Assembly: GCF_001194135.2 (NCBI RefSeq) | Contig: NC_068983.1 | Location: 89,093,659 to 89,127,732 of the forward strand | Reading direction: 5' to 3' | Length of the DNA stretch: 34,074 nucleotides | Origin: Octopus bimaculoides | Taxonomy: Eukaryota | Shown here: piece by piece, positions 11,758 through 23,091 of the stretch | Position numbering within the stretch: position 1 is the stretch's first letter | Layout of the letters: each line of letters starts with the position of its first letter | Made by a program: the position numbers and the translations under genes | Notes under the pieces: model-generated | Databases searched by the model: none | Told to the model about the DNA's origin: nothing | What the model saw: only the letters and a program-made list of their open reading frames with translations

Positions 11758-12068
11758 CTATAAGTAGATTTACAGAAACCAATGTTTATTTATAAAATCA
11801 AAATTTCTTTAGTTGCATGGATATATCTGAAATGATAATATATTACTATTTCTGGGACTTTTTGGTCATACCTTGCTATTTGTTCATGGCATATCACTGA
11901 AAAAAATGTCACTGAATGAATGACACAATACTGGAATCCATCCAGTTACAAATGAAATCATTGCAGGGTTAAAAGAAAACAAGTGTTCAATCCATTATTA
12001 ATGGTCCATCAATATCAGTTGACCTTATATTAAATGTGTTCCAATAGCAATCATCACATCTTTTATAC

Positions 12069-12169
12069 CCTTTGTTTCTTCCAGGCAGTATGTATCTATA
12101 ACATTATTGAATGTGTCCATTCTTGAAGAGTTGTAGGATTTGAGTTGAAGGTGGATGAACAGTAGGCTG
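12069..12169 (-). CDS. Candidate host-gene exon
   Basis: NAGNAG acceptor aaatagcag, donor aagg|gtataa, 101 bp (phase 2 to phase 1). Reads (N)SLLFIHLQLKSYNSSRMDTFNNVIDTYCLEETK, in phase with the exon ending at 15059. Confidence 0.45.
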
Positions 12170-12280
12170 CTATTTATAAGTGATCAACTATATAGATGCT
12201 CCATAACTATTTTATTTTGTCTGTAGTCATCATAATAATCATTTCAATGTTAGTATATATTGGACAAATCTACAGTCCAA

Positions 12281-13700
12281 TGTCATCATCATCATTTAAT
12301 GTTAGTTTTCTATGCTGGCATGGGTTTGACAGTCCATACATACTTCTCTCCCACATTTTGATCCTCTCTAACACACTATCTGGTAATCTGGAACACCTCA
12401 AGTTGCTGATCTTCAGGTCGTAAGACATTGGCAAACCTCTTCCTTTCTGTTTCCACCCTAGTTAGATAAAACTAATGCCTAGCTTCTCTTTTAGCTATCT
12501 GATATGGTTCTGTGTTACCCACATGCATCCACCCTTTCCAAGCCAATTTCTTCTGTTTTATAGCCCTGTCAACCTCTCTATTCTACTACTATGTCATCCT
12601 TGGTCTGGCAGATGCTTTGCTCCAACCACAGATTTGGTCTGTTGCCCTCAGTAGATTGTTCCATAAGAACTTCTAGTTGTCCTCTATATTGTATGTCTCC
12701 ATCTCTCCCTCTTCCTCATCAACAGCTTCATTAAGAATATCTCTTGCCCATATGAAGAATCCTTGAGTTTCTATAACCTCTTTTTCCGCGTTGGTTTGTG
12801 TCTCAGGATCCTTCTAGCCTGAAGTCCAAAGTCATTAACCACTAACCTATGTTGAGATGTACATTCTTCACCTGGGAAAGTTTGCATTCACAAGTGTATG
12901 CCTATTCCTATTTCCGGTGAGGATGTAGTTAATTTGGCTAGTGATCAGATGGCTGGCAGGTTTCCTGAGGTTGGTGTTGCAAACCATTAAGTTATTTGCA
13001 TCACAGAACTTCAGCAGCCTCCTCATTTCTCGAACCAAATCCATAGCCTCCATGAAAACCACCAGAGTGCTTTCCAACACAGCCATTGAAGTCCCCTGCA
13101 CAATGAGAATGTCATTGTCTTTTGTCATCGAGGTAGTCTGCAGAAAGGAATCATAGAAACAGTCCATTTGAATATCTGCAAGTCTGATATGTGGAGTATA
13201 TGCAAAGGTGACACTTTTACATTAAACAGGACTAATCTTAAGAATCCTATCACACACCCTGACTACCTCAATCACCTTATCCTCCCATTTCTCTGCCAAA
13301 AGAATACCTATGCCCTAACTAACCCATCACTGCTTTCCACTCAGAAGAATTTGGATCTATGTATTGCTTGCCAGTGAGGAGTCTTTCTGAGGTTCCCCTC
13401 CATCATACTTCTTGCACCACAGCACATGTCTACATGCCTCCACTCAAGCATTTCAACAATCTCACCAGACCTATCTTTCATTGTGCCAATGTTGATTGTA
13501 GTAGCTTTGAGCTTGTGAACTTGAGAGGGAAGTTGTAGGGGATGTTTTCAGCATTTGGAAAGATCTTTGCATTCACTTGCCTGAAGGTAGTCAGTTTAGT
13601 GTAAGCAGATGCAGGTACAGGTTGCAGCATGGATTACAATTACAATGGATTTCCTTCAGCCCTGCAAAGTCTTCATGGGTACACAGCTGCTATGGGGAGG
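12281..13700 (-). mobile_element. RTE-clade LINE derivative: APE domain and linker joined directly to 3' tail, RT absent
   Basis: Degenerate minus-strand translation: LKATTINIGTMKDRSGEIVEML...RLLKFCDANNLMVCNTN.RKPASHLIT..QINYILT...QHRLVV...ERKRFANVLRPEDQQLEVF. It then switches at ~12330 to the tail CCCATGCCAGCATAGAAAACTAACATTAAATGATGATGATG. Confidence 0.85.
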
Positions 13701-14159
13701 TGGGGAGCAGATAAATTAGAAGTTCCAATATTATTATTATTATTATTGTTATTATTATTAAGGTAGCAACTAATCTTTGGCTATGTAGAAGTGGCCATGC
13801 ACACCATCATCACCATTTAACATCTGCCTTCTATGCTGGCATGGATGGGACTATGATAATATATATTTCAAAATCATCATCAATATTACATATACATTAA
13901 TATACATGCATATAAATAAGCACATGCACGATCAATTCATTACATGCATGTTGGGCACACAGGCTACTAATATGCATTACATGTACAAATATACTATGCA
14001 CCTGTAAAAACAGTTCACAAGGTGTAAAATCATCAAGTGTAATATCTGTCTACCGATATATATATATATATATATATANNNNNNNNNNNNNNNNNNNNNN
14101 NNNNNNNNNNNNNNNNNNNNNNNNNNNNNNNNNNNNNNNNNNNNNNNNNNNNNNNNNNN

Positions 14160-14517
14160 TAAAGTCAAAACTACCATAATAGACAAATTGTACCGAATGC
14201 GAGGGAATGCAATTCTCAAAGCGAGCCTTTTAAAAACAGATTCAGCTGCAGATCATATGATTTCATAATTAATGCAAAAATGCACTTTTTAATCATCAGT
14301 GCATTTAATCAAGATTGTCTTGATTATGCATGCACTGATGATTAAAGAGTGCATTTTTGGCACTAATTATGAAATCATATGATCTGCAGCTGAATCTGTT
14401 TTTAAAAGGCTCGCTTTGAGAATTGCATTCCCTCGCGTTCGGTACAATGTCTTTATTATAGTAGTTTTGACTTTAAGAGTCCCTCCTAGCGTGAGGCATT
14501 TATGAATAGTAATGCCC

Positions 14518-14521
<4 letters not shown>
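14160..14521. mobile_element. Palindromic MITE/foldback element (left end in gap)
   Basis: 14160-14314 and 14318-14475 are near-perfect reverse complements around a 3-nt loop (ttg 14315-17). The right end is ...ATGCCC-TTAA followed by (TA)n. Confidence 0.8.
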
Positions 14522-14557
<36 letters not shown>

Positions 14558-15058
14558 CATACACATACATACATTTAATTATGTGCATAAGTACATGGAC
14601 ATATTCTTCAATGAACATGTGCAGATAAACAAACATAGACAAGCATCAATATGTGCACATATACTCAGATCCCCTTCAAGAAGGTAGTAGTGAGGGGCAG
14701 GTGGGAGGGAAAATGAAATTCAATTTAGTTCACATGAATAGACGGTCCTCCATGAAGATTTCTTTGAAAAATTGAACAGGAATTTTCAACTGAAGTTAAA
14801 AGTACTTGTAGGAATGAATAGAAAGAGAGAAATATTGGATGGGGGTGAAATCAAAAATTATGATAGAAATTGGAAGTTGTATCTGTAAGAGATTATTAGA
14901 TGGGAGAGAGGGAGAGAGAATTCAAGATGGAGAAATTGGGTGAGAGTGGGGGGAGATTGCAAAATTTCAACTAAATTATATCATCATCATAAATATAAGG
15001 AAGCAGCAACAATTAGGAAGATTGAAGAATAGGAATAAAATAAAATAAGCCAGTTTAC

Positions 15059-15140
15059 TTAGCTATCTTAGTTTTGATGTGGCATGTAAACTTCCAGAAG
15101 TGAAAATAAACACCATGCGCCAATTTTCTACCATAATATC
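15059..15140 (-). CDS. Candidate host-gene exon
   Basis: Acceptor ggttctag, donor gctaa|gtaaac, 82 bp (phase 1 to phase 2). Reads (R)YYGRKLAHGVYFHFWKFTCHIKTKIA; 120-bp intron to the previous exon. Confidence 0.55.
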
Positions 15141-15260
15141 CTAGAACCAATGAGAATTCACAGGAATGTTGGGAGGAACTATCCACCATTGCAATCATGT
15201 TTTATCAGTGAGGTCCAATTTTCTGAGATCTAACTTCATCATTCCTCCTTTTTATCTTAC

Positions 15261-15352
15261 TCTGCCAACAAGCATCATCTACTTGCATCAGCAGTGTATA
15301 AACATGAATCCCCAATGGAAAGAATTCACATGACAAAACATTCTCTTGTATT
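15261..15352 (-). CDS. Candidate host-gene exon
   Basis: Strong acceptor tttcttcccctcctctag, strong donor caga|gtaaga, 92 bp (phase 2 to phase 1). Reads (L)IQENVLSCEFFPLGIHVYTLLMQVDDACWQ. Confidence 0.6.
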
Positions 15353-16017
15353 CTAGAGGAGGGGAAGAAATAAACAAGATAAAAAAGATACAAGATGGGG
15401 GCAGGGAACATAATTAAAGAAAAAGACTGAAACAAAAGAAAACAAAATACAAAATTAAAAAAAAACAACAGAAGAAAATACAATTGATGACCTTCACTAT
15501 CTCACATCTAAAAGTATGTGTCATGGCTCTGACACCACAATGTTCATGTTTCCTGTCAAAGAAATACTTCAATGTTATTCTCATCCCTAGCAAGTTGGTT
15601 GTTTTTTTTTGTTTTCCTAATTACCCCTTCTAACCTGTTGATTAACTCTCCCCACTACTTTATTTTTCTCTATTGCAAATTTTTGGCTTAACCATATCGA
15701 TTCTATGTTACTAGCTCTCTTCAGTATGACCTACAAGTTGTTGCTAACTCATCCAGTTGCTGTAGGTTTTCCATGCTTGAAGTGACATTTTCATCTTTCA
15801 GTACATGAATCTTCACCTATGCACCTTATCTAACCTGAAACTCTAAACACCATTTTTATACTAATGAAAATTCTAATGACCTACTGTGGTCTATCCAAAT
15901 CCACATTAACACATTCAGGAAATTCAGTTGGTACCTGTTGAAGAGTTCAAAATATCTGACAGGTACCAACTCTGTGTGTGCATATGTGAATGTCTGTGTA
16001 CATACGTATATACATAC

Positions 16018-16149
16018 AAATATTTTTGTTTCTTGGCTTCCTCCATTACTTCTGGGATCACAGCTAATGTGACCTTCTTTACCCTCTTTCTAGTTGAACC
16101 TTTTGGCCTCTCTGAGGATTTTTTTTTTTTGCAATTCAGTTCAGGGCAG
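16018..16149 (-). CDS. Candidate host-gene exon
   Basis: Acceptor ctcttttgctaaag, donor tattt|gtatgt, 132 bp (phase 2 to phase 2). Reads CPELNCKKKKSSERPKGSTRKRVKKVTLAVIPEVMEEAKKQKY; in phase with the 15352 exon. Confidence 0.5.
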
Positions 16150-16404
16150 CTTTAGCAAAAGAGCCAGTTTTTGTTGTTATTTTACTGTAGCTGCTAATGT
16201 TACTGTTGTTGTTATTAATGGTGAAGTGGTTGTAGTGGCTATGATAGAAAAGTGTTGCTTTTGGTGGTAGTAGTGGTGCTGCTGCTGCTTCTGTTGCTGG
16301 TTGACAGAGTAGTAGTATTAGCCAGTGGCATAATGGTGTCATTGTCAGCTTCCACTATCTCTGCTACTTTGCATGAATCACTGGTAAAGGTGGAGTGGTG
16401 CAAT

Positions 16405-16467
16405 CATTGTTGTTGTTGTTGTCGGGGAGGAGGAGGAAGAGAAGAAGAAGAAGAAGAAGAAGAAGAA

Positions 16468-16509
<42 letters not shown>
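16405..16509. repeat. Compound trinucleotide microsatellite (TTG)(GGA)(GAA)(GAT)
   Basis: Directly visible. Confidence 0.95.
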
Positions 16510-16510
<1 letters not shown>

Positions 16511-17681
16511 GTGAGGAAAGCAAAAGCTGGGTATGTATTCAAAAGCCACCAGCAAAACGTCAGCCATTTGTTATTCAAGGATGACCTCAAACTTTATGGT
16601 AAAAATGAAGCCCAAGTCAGTTCCCTCGTTGATGTGGTGTATGCCTTCAGTGCTGATATCAGAATGGAGTTCGGACTGAGAAAGTGTGGTGTGTTAATCT
16701 TGAAGAGAGGCAAAATCAAATGTATGGATGGGCTAACGATACTGTTGGGGGAGGTTATGAAGCAGATACAAGAGACAGGCTATAAGTATTTCGGGATTGT
16801 GAAAATGGACAAATTGATGGAGAATGAAATGACAGAAAAATTTAAGGTCTACTTGCGCAGACTGAGACTGATCCTTAAGTCGAAATTAAATGGACGGAAT
16901 AAGATTGAAGCTATCAACACCTGGGTGGTTTCACTCCTTAGATATGGAGCAGGAGTAATCACATGGACAGTAGATGAACTAAACAGCTTAGACAGAAAGA
17001 CAAGGAAGTTGCTAACTAGATATGGGTCATTCCACCCAAAAAGTGACACAGACAGACTGTATGTACCAAGAAAAAGAGGAGAAGAGGACTTATTGGATGC
17101 AAACACAGCATTAGAGCAGAAGAAAATAACATAGCATGGTATGTAAAAAAAATGCCATAGAACTGCTTTTATTAGAAGTAAGAAGGTCAGGCTTGTATAG
17201 GATGAAAGGTTGCAAAGATAAAGCACTATACAAGAAATTGAAAACGAATGAAATAGAAAATAGGTGGGTNNNNNNNNNNTGACAATATAGCCAGGCTTGT
17301 CCATTGGACACTCAGCAATAAGTATGGACTTGACAGAGCAAAAAATTGGTATGGCCACAAACCTGAAGGCATCGTCGAAAATAGAAATGCAAAGATCCTA
17401 TGGGATTTTATGATTCAGTGTGACCATGAGATAGAGAATAGGAAGCCAGACATAGTCTTAATTGAGAAAGAAAACAAACTATGCTGGATCATAGATATAG
17501 CATACCCAGCTGACAACAAGGTATGCAATAAGGAAGAAAGAAAAGTCGAGGGATATGAGAGGTTAGCTTGGGAAGTTAAGCAGTTATGGTCAATGAAAAA
17601 GGCAGCAGTAGTACCAATAATTGTCAGAGCCTTGGGGACAGTGAGCAAAATGTCAAGAAGTACGTGGAACAAATAGGGGCT
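16510..17681 (+). mobile_element. R4/Dong-like non-LTR retrotransposon fragment (RT C-terminal half plus restriction-like endonuclease), degenerate
   Basis: SHLLFKDDLKLYG, MEFGLRKC, GYKYFG, KSKLNGRNKIEAINTW, HPKSDTDRLYVPRKRG; then LWDFMIQCDHEIENRKPDIVLIEKENKLCWIIDIAYPADNKV..KE...YERLAWEVKQLW..VVPII..ALG (PD-(D/E)xK-type RLE). Contains frameshifts and a 10-N gap. Confidence 0.85.
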
Positions 17682-17804
17682 GAAGAAGAAGAAGAAGAAG
17701 AAGGAGGAGGAGGAGGAGGAGGAGGAGGAGGAGGAGGAGGAGGAGAAGAAGAAGAAGAAGAAGAAGAAGAAGAAGAAGAAGAAGAAGAAGAAGAAGAAGA
17801 AGAA

Positions 17805-17862
<58 letters not shown>
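17682..17862. repeat. Compound microsatellite (GAA)(GGA)(GAA)(GAT)
   Basis: Directly visible. Confidence 0.95.
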
Positions 17863-17865
<3 letters not shown>

Positions 17866-17874
17866 ATCCTTCTT

Positions 17875-18081
17875 ACTATAGGCACAAGGTTTGAAATTTT
17901 ATGGGAAGAGGCTAGTCAATTACACCACCTTTGGTATTCGATTGGTATTTATTTCATTGACTCCAAAAGGATGAAAGGCAAAGTTGACAACAGAAGTATT
18001 TCAACCCAAAATGCAAAGACAGAGAGAATGCTGTTAAGCATTTCATCTGGTGTGCGAATGATTCTGCCAGCTTTCCACCTC

Positions 18082-18119
<38 letters not shown>

Positions 18120-18290
18120 TAATAATTTCAAATTTTGTCACAAGCCCAGCAACTACAGGGGCTGGAGCTATGTCAATTAAATCGACCCCAGGGCTCAACT
18201 GGTACTCATATTATTGAGCCTGAAAGAACAAAAGGCAAAATCAACCCCGGAAGCATTTCAACCCAGAACATAAAGATGGATGAAATGCTG
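17875..18290 (-). mobile_element. Two SINE fragments separated by (AAT)n (18081-18125)
   Basis: Both contain the shared core ...tcgacccc...actggtact..tattga.cc.gaaaggatgaaaggcaaagt.gac... also seen at 19384-19870; the reverse complement occurs at 31370-31520. Confidence 0.7.
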
Positions 18291-18319
18291 CCAGCTCACC
18301 ACCTTAAGAAGAAGATGAG

Positions 18320-18830
18320 GAGGAGGAGGGATGGGATATGCTCCCATATATGTAGCAGCTGGGTCATCTTCCTTGGATGCTCAATTTTAAGGTCTTCCTC
18401 TCAACACATTCTACAATATTGCTCTGGTATTGCAAAGTCACAAGAACTGATATGTCCATGGGATCATACCTGACCACATATTACCAAAAGTTAAATCTGC
18501 ACTGACCATCTGCCCATATTGTGCCATTAAGATAACTATTAGCTAGGAGTCAACATTGTCACTGATGTCTTTCACAGTAACATCCATGTTTCTCCTTCCC
18601 AAAATATTATGGAATCAACCAGTGGATAGATGTGTCATGTACAATTTGGGCTTGTACTTTCATCCTTTTCTCTTTTTCGAACATGACACATATAATGTCC
18701 CATATAATGTCATATGCCTTCCCACACATAATTAAGGAGATCTTATCTAGAATACCAACAGGGGTTGCCTCCAAACATAGGTAAGTTAATTTCTTCCTCT
18801 TGTGTGCCTCAGTGATAAACTGTATTAGCC
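18320..18830 (-). mobile_element. Highly degenerate RTE-like LINE RT C-terminal fragment
   Basis: Minus-strand remnants SIIFWEGETWML (cf. SILLYGCETW.L), RFNF..YVVRYD and LRGRP. Confidence 0.5.
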
Positions 18831-19383
18831 TATACTATGTATGAAATGCTTCCAAACTTATGCTCTTTCATCAAAATGCTTAATATAAAAAGGTTTCTTT
18901 TTCTTTTTGTTTGAAAGATTGTTTGTGAAGGATAGTGTACCATCCTTCATATTCACATTTGCCATAGTGTCTGCATATGTACCATTGTTGTTGTTGACAT
19001 TTCCATTCAGTATATTAAAATGTTTGTTTCCTTTTTGTTCATGATCACTATTAATATTTTGTGCGGCAATTAAGAAAGATCCTTTTTCTTTTGTTTTCTG
19101 TGTGTGAAACATGCTATTTTATATATTTTCAATTTTCTTTTTGTGGGCATGGCATGAAATATTTGAAACCATTTTTTGTATGCCTGTGATGTGAGGGAAA
19201 AAAATAAAATACAAATCTTGTCTTTTATCAACTATAGAAGAGAGCCTCCAAATTTTAGGAAGTTGTCTAAGTATTTTTGGTAAAAATCTATCTTATCTAT
19301 TAAAATCTTTTTCTTTGGAGAGTGAGTTGTAAAGAACATTACTTTGTTCAAAGTAAATTATTATAACAACAATTGTATCTAAT

Positions 19384-19870
19384 TTAAGCACAAGGACTGA
19401 AATTTGTGGGAAGGGAAATAGTCAGTTAAATCAACTCCAGTATTTGACTAGTATTTTATCAATCTCCAAAAAGATAAAAAGCAAAGTTGAACTCAGAAAG
19501 TAAAGAGCTGGAAGAAATACCACACAATATTTTTCTTGATACTCTAGTAATATTGCTAATCCACCATCTGATTAATATAATATCTGTAATAATAATGATG
19601 ATTTCCAATTTAGGCACAAGGCCAACAATTCTGAAGGGAAGGGTTTAGTTAACTATATTGACCCCAATACTTGACTGGTACTTTAGTTTATTGACCTTGG
19701 GGGAATAAGAGGCAAAGTTGTCCTCAGTAGGATTTAAACTCAGAATGCAAAGTGCCATAACTAAATACCAGTAAGTGGGTAGTTAATCAAACCAGTTGCA
19801 GTACTTGATAGGTACTTTATTTTATTGATCCCCAAAGAGGCAAAGTTGATCTCAGGGGTAGTTGAAACAA
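19384..19870 (-). mobile_element. Cluster of three SINE fragments (same family as 17875-18290)
   Basis: Repeated gcacaagg...ggaagg...tcaac/gacccca.tacttgactggtact...gcaaagttg motif at ~19384, ~19605 and ~19765. Confidence 0.7.
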
Positions 19871-20032
19871 TGTTTAGAGACCTAACAAATTGCTGCATAG
19901 TATTTTTTATCTGTATTCTACCAACTTTGTCAATCTCACAGCAGTAGCAGCAGCAGCAGCAGCAGTAGCAGTAGTAGTAAGAACAACAAGAAAAGAAAGT
20001 AAGGAAAAATGTAAAGTTGCAAGATACATTAC

Positions 20033-20227
20033 TGTACCAAACCAATTCAAAAAGTCATCAACATTATGCACATTCCGGACTCGGAGACTAACAACCCTCT
20101 GACAAAGTCTCATTTCCTTTTCCTTCTTCTTCGTTATAACTTTGCGGATATCTTCAAGACATTTCAATTGTGCTTCTAGAGTGTCTATAATCTCAATAAA
20201 CTTTGTGTTGGAGTCTTTCATTGTGGT
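20033..20227 (-). CDS. Candidate host-gene exon (coiled-coil-like)
   Basis: Strong acceptor ttttcctcttgttctttatccag; open frame TTMKDSNTKFIEIIDTLEAQLKCLEDIRKVITKKKEKEMRLCQRVVSLRVRNVHNVDDFLNWFGT; donor gtaatg at 20032 or gtacag at 20037. No TE motif recognised. Confidence 0.5.
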
Positions 20228-20399
20228 CTGGATAAAGAACAAGAGGAAAATGTTTATTTATAGTGATCAACATATATTTAAAGCTGTTCATACATACTTT
20301 ATATGAATACACAACATAGAGTTCATTCTCTAACAGCTACGGACCTTATATCAAAGAGGACATAACTTGCTGGTCTTCTCCGGTTTTAAGTCAATATGT

Positions 20400-21480
20400 T
20401 AATGCTGATATACTGAACTTCAAAGTCCAATAATCACTGGTTTAATGTCTCTCAAAATCTCAGAGGAAGCACCTGCTTTTGTTAGACAATCTGAAATCTG
20501 TTGATGATAGCTGATCCATTCTACGCCTGTGAGGAGTTTTCAGTTTTGCAGAGCACTTCTGATAATCTGGGTAGCTGAAAAATCTCTTGAATCATAACAG
20601 CTACTAAGATACCAGCATCAGCTGCTTCTCTGGGTATAGGAGTCCATGAAACTTGTGGGCTTTTCATTACACAATCCATTTGTATTATGACCAACAAATT
20701 GGAACCATCTTGTTCATTTTATTTTCAACAAATTTGATAAAACCATCTTCCAAACTGGCATAGTTAGCATCAGAATAGCAGATCAGATTTTGATCTGAAG
20801 GTTTTCCCAAAGCTGGAAAAGATATAAAACTTACCTTAGATTTCAACCTTGATAAGGCTGTATTAACTTCAAACAGCATCCTTACTTTGGGAAGTTTTCC
20901 GGTGTTGCTCAAACATCAAACAATACATCCGGACAAATTTGTGTAGCTAATCACATCATCTAACCTGTAAGTCTTTTTAATTCAAGTTTCCCTTCTTCAC
21001 TTAAACTCCTCATTTTTCTTTAGTTACCTTCCTTTCTATTGGAGATATGGATGTGTATAAATCTTGATCTATAGTAATTTTTTTCTGGCATGGATAAACA
21101 TTCAATCTTAAATAATTGAATATGCCTTTTTCCTGAAATTCCTAGATCACAGAAGTGAAAGCACTACTGTGCTCATATCCTTCTCAAACAATTCATTATA
21201 AAGTCATTTACATACATCACCAGCAGTTTCCTATTTGCATCATGCCAGAGAAATAAAACAATGTCATAAACACTCACAACTAGATCAGCACTTGAGTGAT
21301 CATCCTATACCATGACAGAGGTGTATCTTTCAACCCATAGATGCATCTCTTCAGTTTCCACACTTGAGATTTTGGACATATACTTGAAGATAGCTTCAAG
21401 AACATTTCTCTCTTCAAAATATCACCCTGCAGGTAATTTTAGCCAATCAGATCCACCCATTTTCTACAATGTTGTCAGTG
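20400..21480 (-). mobile_element. Ty1/copia pol relic (RT plus RNase H)
   Basis: Minus strand with stops and frameshifts: WKLKRCIYGLKD, MYVNDF, ITIDQDLY, LKRLTG..WLATQICPDVLFD, CYSDANYASL, PICWS, QQISDCLTKAGAS. Confidence 0.85.
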
Positions 21481-21791
21481 TTATGGAAGATACAATGTTT
21501 TATATTTTTGTTACACATATAAGAAAAATCACAACTTGTTATTTGTTGAGAAAGTAATAAAAAGAATGGTACTCATCAGAAACTGAAAAAAAGAAAACAA
21601 ATTAGTGGGCTTACAGATTTTGTTCTGTTTGAAAATGTAGAAAATTGTTTTATGAATTTTCTACATTGATGTAGTTTTGCATGCTAATTACAAAAATCAC
21701 ATTCATTTCTTTGCTGGGGTAGAGATTAATGATAAATAAAAAGTTACAAGCCTTTGAAGATTAAAATTATTGGAAATTTTTATCATCATCA

Positions 21792-22200
21792 CTGGTCGAT
21801 GCCAGTGCCACCTAACTGGCTCCTGTGCTGGTGGCACATAAAAAGCACCATTCAATCGTGGCCAATGCCAGTGCTGCCTGACTGGATCCTGTGCTGGTGT
21901 CATGTAAAAAGCACCATTCAAGCACGACCAATGCCAGTGCCACCTAATTGGCACATAAAAAGCACAATTTGAGTGTGGTCAATGCCAGTGCCTCCCGACT
22001 GGCTCCCATGCTGGTGGCACATAAAAAGCACCCACTACACTCTGGGAGTGGTTGGCATTAGGAAGAGCATCCAGCTGTAAAAACCCTGCCAGATCAGATT
22101 GGAGCCTGGTGTAGCCTCCTGGCTTGCCAGTCCTCAGTCAAACCATCCAATCCATGCCAGCATGGAAAGTGAGCATTAAACGATGATGATGATGATGATG
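21792..22200 (+). mobile_element. SINE with internal ~60-bp tandem repeats and RTE-type tail
   Basis: About four GCCAGTGCC...GGCACATAAAAAGCACCA units, then aggaagagcatccagctgta...CCATGCCAGCATGGAAAG..TTAAAC(GAT)n. Confidence 0.85.
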
Positions 22201-22289
22201 AACATAAACAAATTAAAACGCCATGTGCTGACAATTTTATGGGGTGCATCATGCTTTTAATGTTTTTGTTTCATCAGAACTCCAAACAT

Positions 22290-23091
22290 CTCACACATCT
22301 GTTTTTGGACACCTGTAAAAAATTGGAAAAGTCAAGAAAATAGATAGGTTTGTTCCACATCAACTGAACGAAACTAAGAAAAAAACAGACGCCTCAAAGT
22401 GTGTTCCTTATTGCTTTCTCAATTGGAAAAAGACCATTTTTGCATCAAATCATTACTTGTAATGAGAAATGGATACTCTTTGACAACAGCAAGAGAAAAG
22501 GACAGTGATTAGATGCATGAGAGTCACCTAAACACTACCCAAACCCACCACTGCACCCAAAAAAGTTAGTGGTCACTGTATGGTGGTCTGCAAAGGCAGT
22601 TATTCATTATTCATTTTTGCAACAAGGAAAAACCATAACAGCAATATCGTATTGCCAGGAAATTGATTGTATGCATGAGAATTTGAAAAAGAAGCAACCC
22701 AAACTAGTAAATAGAGATGGCTCAATTTTGCTCTATGGCAATGCATGTCCTCACACTCCAAAAGTTGTAAAACCTGAATTATGAGATTTTGCAACATCCT
22801 CCCTATTCCCCTGATATTTCTCCAACTGATTATCACTTGTTTAAGCATTTTGAGCTTTTCATAAGCAATGAAACATTCTTAAATAGAGAAGAGGCAATTG
22901 AAGCATTCAGACAGTTTATCAAAGCAAAAGACGAATTTTTGTTTTAAAGATGGAATATATGACAGAGAGAAACATTGGGTAAATGTCATAAATGAATATG
23001 GATCATACTTTGATTAAATAAATCAGGTCTCTAATACTTCTGAAACATTTTATTATTACCTTTCAAATACATTTCATGTGAAACAACCTAA
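22290..23091 (+). mobile_element. mariner (Tc1/mariner) transposon relic, 5' part missing
   Basis: FVPHQL, FLHQIITCNEKW, VTVWWSAKAVIHY, LLYGNACPH, HPPYSPDISPTDYHLF, ending GSYFD* at 23015-17. Right TIR-like ...aacaacctaa followed by TA (23092-93). Confidence 0.9.

Noticed and set aside
16200-16395. Ser/Thr-rich minus-strand frame (DSCKVAEIVEADNDTIMPLANTTT...) as an exon
   Set aside because: Low complexity, hits a stop with no good donor, and does not join the 16149 exon frame.
16252-18180. Poly-D/E/M/H/I/G ORFs
   Set aside because: Frames of trinucleotide microsatellites flanking the R4/Dong-like fragment.
18560-18620. YFG...HGC resemblance to piggyBac transposase
   Set aside because: The neighbouring frame gives a better, colinear match to RTE RT motifs (S..(L)YG.ETW, RGRP).
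18858-19112. Minus-strand 84-aa ORF as a host exon (KTKEKGSFLIAAQN...DERA*)
   Set aside because: It has a plausible acceptor at 19098 and is phase-compatible with the 20033 donor, but it ends in a stop upstream of the other candidate exons and has no recognisable motif. It could be an alternative last exon, but support is insufficient to list.
21792-22030. CRISPR-like repeat-spacer appearance of the ~60-bp units
   Set aside because: Eukaryotic context, spacers are themselves homologous, no cas genes; these are SINE-internal tandem repeats.
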